Of a DNA stretch of 17,976 nt, positions 9,303-17,976 are shown one piece after another. Below the pieces are notes generated by a model, which was not told the origin of the DNA, ran no database searches, and was given only the letters and a program-made list of their open reading frames with translations. Origin of the DNA: Utricularia gibba. Its lineage: Eukaryota; Plantae; Magnoliophyta. The position numbers were made by a program, and so were the translations under genes. How positions within the stretch are numbered: position 1 is the first letter of the stretch; the number at the start of each line of letters is the position of its first letter. The DNA lies in contig NEEC01000517.1 in the NCBI GenBank assembly GCA_002189035.1, forward strand, positions 1-17,976. The letters run 5' to 3'.

Positions 9303-10531
9303 AATTACGATATCACGTGCACCCCACATCATTTTTTCAACAACTTACTTTATACTTGAAGAGGCGGTCTTGGGGTGCACTAGAACGGGACAAAGGTCAG
9401 GTTGGGCTTTGCCAGAGAGTTAGTTGTAGCCCGGCAAAGAAAGTGATGTATTTATTAACGTTCGGTTTTCGGGTTGCCTACATGTTTTTGAAAGAAAGCT
9501 TCTCGTTTTTGGCGGCCCAGTCTCGCTGGGAACTTGGTCCTTGCCCCGATTCTTATGGCTCATGGGTCAATCGATGAAAAAAAATGATGCATTTGTTTAA
9601 ATTACGATATCACGTGCACCCCACATGATTTTTTCAACAACTTACTTTATACTTGAGAGGTGGTCTTGGGGGCAGAGGAACGGAAAAGGTCAGCTTAGGC
9701 TTTGGCCGAAAGTAAGTTGTAGCCCGGCAAATAAAGTGAAGTATTTATTAACGTTCGGTTTTCGGGTTGCCTACATGGTTTTTCAAGGAACAACTTCTCC
9801 TTTAGTGGCGGCCAGTCTCGCTAGGAACTTGGTCGGGCCCCTGATTCTTTATGGCTCAAGAGGACAAAAGGATGCAAATCGATGAATACAATGATGCATT
9901 TGATTAAATTACGATATCACGTGCACCCCACATCATTTTTTCAACAACTTACTTTATACTTGAGAGGCGGTCTTGGGGTGCACCTAGAACGGACAAAGGT
10001 CAGGTTGGGCTTTGCCAGAGAGTTAGTTGTAGCCCGGCAAAGAAAGTGATGTATTTATTAACGTTCGGTTTTCGGGTTGCCTACATGGTTTTTCAAGGAA
10101 AAGCTTCTCGTTTTGTGGCGGCTGCTCTCGCTGGGAACTTGGTCCGGGCCCCCGATTCTATATGGCTCATGAGGTCAACCAGATGCAAATCGATGAAATA
10201 ATGATGCATTTTTTTTTTAATTACGATATCACGTGCAGCCCACATGATTTTTTCAACAACTTACTTTATACTTGAGGAGGCGGTCTTGGGGTGCACCTGG
10301 AACGGGATAAAGGTCAGTTTGGCTTTGCCAGAGAGTTAGTTGTAGCCCGGCAAAGAAAGTGTTGTATTTATTAACGTTCGGTTTTCGGGGTTGCCTACAT
10401 GGTTTTTCAAGGAACAGCTTCTCGTTTTGTGGCGGCCAGTCTCGCTAGGAACTTGGTCCGGGCCGCTGATTCTTTATGGCTCATGAGGACAAAAGGATGC
10501 AAATCGATGAATACAATGATGCATTTGTTTA
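9303..10531. repeat. Truncated 4-monomer unit: A/B mosaic followed by F-G-H
   Basis: Monomer 9303-9599 has an A-type left half and a mostly B-type right half (TTTTTGAAAG, GGTCCTTGCCCC, poly-A end). F-, G- and H-type monomers follow. Confidence 0.7.
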
Positions 10532-12379
10532 AATTACGATATCACGTGCACCCACATCATTTTTTCAACAACTTACTTTATACTTGAAGAGGCGGTCTTG
10601 GGGTGCACCTAGAACGGGACAAAGGTCAGGTTGGGCTTTGCCAGAGAGTTAGTTGTAGCCCGGCAAAGAAAGTGATGTATTTATTAACGTTCGGTTTTCG
10701 GGTTGCCTACATGGTTTTTCAACGAAAAGCTTCTCGTTTTGTGGCGGCTGCTCTCGCTGGGAACTTGGTCCGGGCCCGATTCTATATGGCTCATGAGGTC
10801 AACCAGATGCAAATCGATGAATACAATGATGCATTTGTTTAAATTACGATATCACGTGCACCCACATCATTTTTTCAACAACTTACTTTATACTTGAGAG
10901 GCGGTCTTGGGTGCGAACCGGACAAAGGTCAGTTGGCTTGCCGAGAGTTAGTTGTAGCCCGGCAAAGAAAGTGTGTATTTATTTACGTTCGGTTTTCGGG
11001 GTTGCTACATGGTTTTCAAGGAACAACTTCTCGTTTTGTGGCGGCCGTCTCGCTGGAACTTGGTCCGGGCCCCGATTCTTTATGGCTCATGAGGACAAAA
11101 GGATGCAAATCGATGAATACAATGATGCATTTGTTTAAATTACGATATCACGTGCACCCCACATCATTTTTTCAACAACTTACTTTATACTTGAAGAGGC
11201 GGTCTTGGGTGCAAAGAACGGGACAAAGGTCAGTTGGCTTTTCCAGAGAGTTAGTTGTAGCCCGGCAAGAAAGTGATGTATTTATTAACGTTCGGTTTTC
11301 GGAAGCTGCCTAAATGTTTTTGAAAGAACATCTTCTCGTTTTTTGGCGGCCAGTCTCGCTGGGAACTTGGTCCTTGCCCCGGTTCTGTATCGCTCATGGG
11401 GTCAAAGATGCAAATCGATGAAAAAAAATGATGCATTTGTTTAAATTATGATATCACGTGCACCCTCCATGATTTTTTAACAACTTACTTTATACTTGAT
11501 GAGGTGGTCTTGGGGGGCAAGAGGAACGGAAAAAGGTCAGCTTAGGCTTGGGCCGAAAGTAAGTTGTAGCCCGGCAAATAAAGTGATGTATTTATTAACG
11601 TTCAGTTTTCGGGTTGCCTACATGGTTTTTCAAGGAAAACTTCTCCTTTAGTGGCGGCCAGTCTCACTAGGAACTTGGTCTGGGCCCCTTATTCTTATGG
11701 CTCAAGAGGACAAAAGGATGCAAATCGATGAATACAATGATGCATTTGATTAAATTACGATATCACGTGCACCCCACATCATTTTTTCAACAACTTACTT
11801 TATACTTGAGAGGCGGTCTTGGGGTGCACCTAGAACGGGACAAAGGTCAGGTTGGGCTTTGCCAGAGAGTTAGTTGTAGCCCGGCAAAGAAAGTGATGTA
11901 TTTATTAACGTTCGGTTTTCCGGGTTGCCTACATGGTTTTTCAAGGAAAAGCTTCTCGTTTTGTGGCGGCTGTCTCGCTGGGAACTTGGTCCGGGCCCCC
12001 CGATTCTATATGGCTCATGAGGTCAACCAGATGCAAATCGATGAAATAATGATGCATTTTTTTTTTTAATTACGATATCACGTGCAGCCCACATGATTTT
12101 TTCAACAACTTACTTTATACTTGAGGAGGCGGTCTTGGGGTGCACCTGGAACGGATAAAGGTCAGGTTGGGCTTTGCCAGAGAGTTAGTGTAGCCCGGCA
12201 AAGAAAGTGTTGTATTTATTAACGTTCGGTTTTCGGGGTTGCCTACATGGTTTTTCAAGGAACAGCTTCTCGTTTTGTGGCGGCCAGTCTCGCTAGGAAC
12301 TTGGTCCGGGCCGCTGATTCTTTATGGCTCATGAGGACAAAAGGATGCAAATCGATGAATACAATGATGCATTTGTTTA
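10532..12379. repeat. 6-monomer unit: A/D-like, E-like mosaic, A/B hybrid, F, G, H
   Basis: 10532 has CAACGAAAAG but a GATGCATTTG end. 10842 is a 296-bp mosaic with E-like ATTTACG and GGAACAACTTC. 11138 has an A-like start and a B right half. Canonical F, G and H follow. Confidence 0.6.
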
Positions 12380-14233
12380 AATTACGATATCACGTGCACC
12401 CCACATCATTTTTTCAACAACTTACTTTATACTTGAAGAGGCGGTCTTGGGTGCACCTAGAACGGGACAAAGGTCAGGTTGGGCTTTGCCAGAGAGTTAG
12501 TTGTAGCCCGGCAAAAAAAGTGATGTATTTATTAACGTTCGGTTTTCGGGTTGCCTACATGGTTTTTCAAGAAAAGCTTCTCGTTTTGTGGCGGCCCTCT
12601 CGCTGGGAACTTGGTCCGGGCCCCCGATTCTATATGGCTCATGAGGTCAACCGGATGCAAATCGATGAAGACAAGCATGCTTTTTTTTAAATTACGATAT
12701 CACGTGCACCCCACATGATTTTTTCAACAACTTACTTTATACTTGAGAAGGCGGTCTTGGGGTGCACCAAGAACGGACAAAGTCAGGTTTGGCTTGCACC
12801 GAGAGTTAGTTGTAGCCCGGCAAAAAAAGTGATGTATTTATTACGTTCGGTTTTGGGGGCTGCCTACATGGTTTTTCAAGGAACATCTTCTCTTTTTGTG
12901 GCGGCCGCTCTCGCTGGGAACTTGGTCCGGGCCCCTGATTCTCTTTGGCTCATGAGGACAAAAGGATGCAAATCGATGAATACAATGATGCATTTGTTTA
13001 AATTACGATATCACGTGCACCCCACATGATTTTTTCAACAACTTACTTTATACTTGAGGAGGTGGTCTTGGGGGGCAAGAGGAACCAGACAACGGTCATA
13101 TTAGGCTTGGGCCGAAAGTAAGTTGTAGCCCGGCAAAGAAAGTGATGTATTTATTAACGTTCGGTTTTCGGGTTCCTACATGGTTTTCAAGGAAAAGCTT
13201 TTCGTTTTGTGGCGGCCGCTCTCGCTGGGAACTTGGTCCGGGCCCCTAATTCTTTATGGCTCATGAGGACAAAAGGATGCAAATCGATGAAAATAATGAT
13301 GCATTTGTTTAAATTACGATGTCACGTGCACCCCACATGATTTTTTCAACAACGTACTTTATACTTGAGGAGGTCTTGGGGGAGGGAACCGGACAAAGGC
13401 ATAGGCTTGGGCCGAAAGTAAGTTGTAGCCCGGCAAAAAAAGTGATATTTATTAACGTTCGGTTTTCGGATTGCCTACATGGTTTTTCAAGGAACAACTT
13501 CTCCTTTAGTGGCGGCCAGTCTCGCTAGGAACTTGGTCCGGGCCCCTGATTCTTTATGGCTCATGAGGACAAAAGGATGCAAATCGATGAATACAATGAT
13601 GCATTTGTTTAAATTACGATATCACGTGCACCCCACATCATTTTTTCAACAACTTACTTTATACTTGAAGAGGCGGTCTTGGGGTGCACCTAGAACGGGA
13701 CAAAGGTCAGGTTGGGCTTTGCCAGAGAGTTAGTTGTAGCCCGGCAAAGAAAGTGATGTATTTATTAACGTTCGGTTTTCGGGTTGCCTACATGGTTTTT
13801 CAACGAAAAGCTTCTCGTTTTGTGGCGGCTGCTCTCGCTGGGAACTTGGTCCGGGCCCTGATTCTATATGGCTCATGAGGTCAACCAGATGCAAATCGAT
13901 GAATATAATGATGCATTTGTTTAAATTACGATATCACGTGCACCCTACATCATTTTTTCAACAACTTACTTTATACTTGAGAGGTGGTCTTGGGGGGCAA
14001 GAGGAACCGGACAATGGTCAGCTTAGGCTTGGCCGAAAGTAAGTTGTAGCCCGGCAAAGAAAAAGTGATGTATATTAACGTTCGGTTTTCGGGATGCTTA
14101 CATGGTTTTTCAAGGAACAACTTCTCCTTTGTGGCGGCCAGTCTCGCTAGGAACTTGGTCCGGGCCCCTGATTCTTTATGGCTCATGAGGACAAAAAGAT
14201 GCAAATCGATGAATACAATGATGCATTTGTTTA
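12380..14233. repeat. 6-monomer HOR I-J-K-C-D-E
   Basis: I has GGCAAAAAAAG, GTCAACCGG and an A-type end. J has a B-type left half, CTTCTCTTTTTG and GCGGCCGC. K has GGTCATATT, AAGCTTT(T)CG, GCGGCCGC and CCCTAATTC. C-like, D and E monomers follow. Confidence 0.75.
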
Positions 14234-16099
14234 AATTACGATATCACGTGCACCCCACATCATTTTTTCAACAACTTACTTTATACTTGAAGAGGCGGTC
14301 TTGGGGTGCACCTAGAACGGGACAAAGGTCAGGTTGGGCTTTGCCAGAGAGTTAGTTGTAGCCCGGCAAAGAAAGTGATGTATTTATTAACGTTCGGTTT
14401 TCGGGGTTGCCTACATGGTTTTTCAACGAAAAGCTTCTCGTTTTGTGGCGGCCGCTCTCGCAGGGAACTTGGTCCGGGCCCCGATGCTATATGGCTCATG
14501 AGGTCAACCAGATGCAAATCGATGAAGACAAGCATGCTTTTTTTTTAATTACGATATCACGTGCAGCCCACATGATTTTTTCAACAACTTACTTTATACT
14601 TGAGGAGGCGGTCTTGGGGTGCACCTGGAACGGGATAAAGGTCAGGTTGGGCTTTGCCAGAGAGTTAGTTGTAGCCCGGCAAAGAAAGTGTTGTATTTAT
14701 TAACGTTCGGTTTTCGGGGTTGCCGACATGGTTTTTCAAGGAACAGCTTCTCGTTTTGTGGCGGCTGCTCTCGGGGAACTTGGTCGGGCCCCGATCCTAT
14801 ATGGCTCATGAGGTCAACCAGATGCAAATCGATGAAGAAAGCATGCTTTTTTTTAAATTACGATATCACGTGCACCCCACATGATTTTTTTACTTTATAC
14901 TTGAGAAGGCGGTCTTGGGGTGCACCAAGAACGGGACAAAGGTCAGGTTTGGCTTGCACCGAGAGTTAGTTGTAGCCCGGCAAATAAAGTGATGTATTTA
15001 TTAACGTTCGGTTTTGGAAGCTGCCTAAATGCTTTTTGAAAGAACATCTTCTCGTTTTTTGGCGGCCAGTCTCGCTGGGAACTTGGTCCTTGACCCCGGT
15101 TCTGTATGCTCATGGGGTCAATCAGATGTAAATCGATGAAAAAAAATGATGCATTTGTTTAAATTATGATATCACGTGCACCCTCCATGATTTTTTAACA
15201 ACTTACTTTATACTTGAGAGGTGGTCTTGGGGGGCAAGAGGAATCGGAAAAAGGTCAGCTTAGGCTTGGGCCGAAAGTAAGTTGTAGCCCGGCAAATAAA
15301 GTGAAGTATTTATTAACGTTCAGTTTTTCGAGGTTGCTACATGGTTTTTCAAGGAACAACTTCTCCTTTAGTGGCGGCCAGTCTCACTAGGAACTTGGTC
15401 TGGGCCCCTTATTCTTTATGGCTCAAGAGGACAAAAGGATGCAAATCGATGAATACAATGATGCATTTGATTAAATTACGATATCACGTGCACCCCACAT
15501 CATTTTTTCAACAACTTACTTTATACTTGAGAGGCGGTCTTGGGGTGCACCTAGAACGGGACAAAGGTCAGGTTGGGCTTTGCCAGAGAGTTAGTTGTAG
15601 CCCGGCAAAGAAAGTGATGTATTTATTAACGTTCGGTTTTCCGGGTTGCCTACATGGTTTTTCAAGGAAAAGCTTCTCGTTTTGTGGCGGCTGCTCTCGC
15701 TGGGAACTTGGTCCGGGCCCCCGATTCTATATGGCTCATGAGGTCAACCAGATGCAAATCGATGAATATAATGATGCTTTTTTTTTTAATTACGATATCA
15801 CGTGCAGCCCACATGATTTTTTCAACAACTTACTTTATACTTGAGGAGGCGGTCTTGGGGTGCACCTGGAACGGGATAAAGGTCAGGTTGGGCTTTGCCA
15901 GAGAGTTAGTTGTAGCCCGGCAAAGAAAGTGTTGTATTTATTAACGTTCGGTTTTCGGGGTTGCCTACATGGTTTTTCAAGGAAAGCTTCTCGTTTTGTG
16001 GCGGCCAGTCTCACTAGGAACTTGGTCCGGGCCCTGATTCTTTATGGCTCAAGAGGACAAAAGGATGCAAATCGATGAATACAATGATGCATTTGTTTA
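14234..16099. repeat. 6-monomer unit: A-like, H/A hybrid, B, F, G, H
   Basis: 14234 is A-like but joins a GTGCAGCCC (H-type) start. 14547 has an H left half and an A right half. B (with an ~8-bp deletion), F, G and H follow. Confidence 0.6.
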
Positions 16100-17954
16100 A
16101 ATTACGATATCACGTGCACCCACATCATTTTTTCAACAACTACTTTATACTTGAAGAGGCGGTCTTGGGTGCACCTATAACGGGACAAAGGTCAGGTTGG
16201 GCTTTGCCAGAGAGTTAGTTGTAGCCCGGCAAAAAAAGTGATGTATTTATTAACGTTCGGTTTTCGGGGTTGCCTACATGGTTTTTCAAGGAAAAGCTTC
16301 TCGTTTTGTGGCGGCTGCTCTCGCTGGGAACTTGGTCCGGGCCCCCGATTCTATATGGCTCATGAGGTCAACCGGATGCAAATCGATGAAGACAAGCATG
16401 CTTTTTTTTAAATTACGATATCACGTGCACCCCATGATTTTTTCAACAACTTACTTTATACTTGAGAAGGCGGTCTTGGGGTGCACCAGAACGGGACAAA
16501 GGTCAGGTTTGGCTTGCACCGAGAGTTAGTTGTAGCCCGGCAAAAAAGTGATGTATTTATTAACGTTCGGTTTTCGGGGTGCCTACATGGTTTTTCAAGG
16601 AACATCTTCTCTTTTTGTGGCGGCCGCTCTCGCTGGGAACTTGGTCCGGGCCCCTGATTCTTTGGCTCATGAGGACAAAAGGATGCAAATCGATGAATAC
16701 AATGATGCATTTGTTTAATTACGATATCACGTGCACCCCACATGATTTTTTCAACAACTTACTTTATACTTGAGGAGGTGGTCTTGGGGGCAAGAGGAAC
16801 CGACAAGGTCATATTGGCTTGGGCCGAAAGTAAGTTGTAGCCCGGCAAGAAAGTGATGTATTTATTAACGTTCGGTTTTCGGGTTGCCTACATGGTTTTT
16901 CCAAGGAAAAGCTTTCGTTTTGTGGCGGCCGCTCTCGCTGGGAACTTGTCCGGGCCCCTAATTCTTTATGGCTCATGAGGACAAAAGGATGCAAATCGAT
17001 GAAATAATGATGCATTTGTTTAAATTACGATATCACGTGCACCCCACATGATTTTTTCAACAACTACTTTATACTGAGGAGGCGGTCTTGGGGGGCTTGA
17101 AACGGAAAAAGGTCAGCTTAGGCTTTGGGCCGAAAGTAAGTTGTAGCCCGGCAAAGAAAGTGATGTATTTATTAACGTTCGGTTTTCGGGGTTGCCTACA
17201 TGGTTTTTCAAGGAACAGCTTCTCGTTTTGTGGCGGCCAGTCTCACTAGGAACTTGGTCCGGGCCCGATTCTTTATGGCTCATGAGGACAAAAGGATGCA
17301 AATCGATGAATACAATGATGCATTTGTTTAAATTACGATATCACGTGCACCCACATCATTTTTTCAACAACTTACTTTATACTTGAGAGGCGGTCTTGGG
17401 GTGCACTAGAACGGGACAAAGGTCAGGTTGGGCTTTGCCAGAGAGTTAGTTGTAGCCCGGCAAAGAAAGTGATGTATTTATTAACGTTCGGTTTTTCGGG
17501 TTGCCTACATGGTTTTTCAAGGAAAAGCTTCTCGTTTTGTGGCGGCTGCTCTCGCTGGGAACTTGGTCCGGGCCCCGATTCTATATGGCTCATGAGGTCA
17601 ACCAGATGCAAATCGATGAATATAATGATGCTTTTTTTTTTTAATTACGATATCACGTGCAGCCCACATGATTTTTCAACAACTTACTTTATACTTGAGG
17701 AGGCGGTCTTGGGGTGCACCTGAACGGGATAAAGGTCAGGTTGGGCTTTGCCAGAGAGTTAGTTGTAGCCCGGCAAAGAAAGTGTTGTATTTATTAACGT
17801 TCGGTTTTCGGGGTTGCCTACATGGTTTTTCAAGGAACAGCTTCTCGTTTTGTGGCGGCCAGTCTCACTAGGAACTTGGTCCGGGCCGCTGATTCTTTAT
17901 GGCTCAAGAGGACAAAAGGATGCAAATCGATGAATACAATGATGCATTTGTTTA
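16100..17954. repeat. 6-monomer HOR I-J-K-L-G-H
   Basis: Second copy of the I-J-K triplet (16100-17022) with the same diagnostic k-mers as 12380-13311. It is followed by L (F-like CGGAAAAAGGTCAGC left half, H-like CAAGGAACAGCT right half), G and H. Confidence 0.75.
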
Positions 17955-17976
17955 AATTACGATATCACGTGCACCC

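Larger units (their letters stand above)
1..17976. repeat. Tandem satellite-like array, ~310-bp monomer, 58 full copies plus a 22-nt partial copy
   Basis: The anchor AATTA(C/T)GAT(A/G)TCACGTGCA recurs at 1, 313, 628, 941, 1255, 1566, 1876, 2191, 2485, 2801, 3113, 3423, 3735, 4042, 4355, 4667, 4980, 5279, 5588, 5897, 6209, 6524, 6830, 7140, 7452, 7759, 8069, 8376, 8683, 8997, 9303, 9600, 9907, 10219, 10532, 10842, 11138, 11444, 11753, 12068, 12380, 12690, 13001, 13312, 13612, 13924, 14234, 14547, 14856, 15162, 15474, 15788, 16100, 16411, 16717, 17023, 17331, 17643 and 17955. All intervening sequence is homologous and in the same orientation, with no inversion or unrelated insertion seen. Hand count of monomer 941-1254: 62 C and 79 G in 314 nt (44.9% GC). 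Confidence 0.98.

Noticed and set aside
1-17976. CRISPR or other repeat-spacer guide array; the window starts and ends on the same 22-mer AATTACGATATCACGTGCACCC
   Set aside because: The ~290-nt intervals are all homologous to each other along their length rather than unique spacers, they are far too long, and there is no cas or other gene. The matching ends probably reflect how the window was cut.

Overview
The whole 17,976-bp window is one uninterrupted head-to-tail tandem array of a ~310-bp, ~45% GC monomer: 58 complete copies of 294-316 bp (mean ~309.6) plus the first 22 nt of a 59th. It contains no credible gene, RNA gene, CRISPR array or transposon, and every ORF in the track is a reading of the repeat. 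The array looks like eukaryotic satellite DNA (centromeric or pericentromeric type is an inference), and I cannot identify the organism or family. Manual typing shows nested structure. (1) Each monomer appears to be a diverged dimer of a ~155-bp ancestral unit. (2) Monomers fall into about 12 sequence types arranged as higher-order repeats (HORs): two alternative 5-mers, ABCDE and ABFGH (~1.55 kb), in the left half, then truncated or hybrid units and 6-mers containing a distinct I-J-K triplet (~1.85 kb) in the right half. (3) Every copy carries a near-invariant core with RTCACGTG, and most copies carry a 10-bp inverted repeat that extends into a ~64-nt hairpin on the + strand. Type letters are my own labels. 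Frequent homopolymer indels and a few mosaic monomers suggest long-read consensus noise, so fine variants need confirmation from raw reads.
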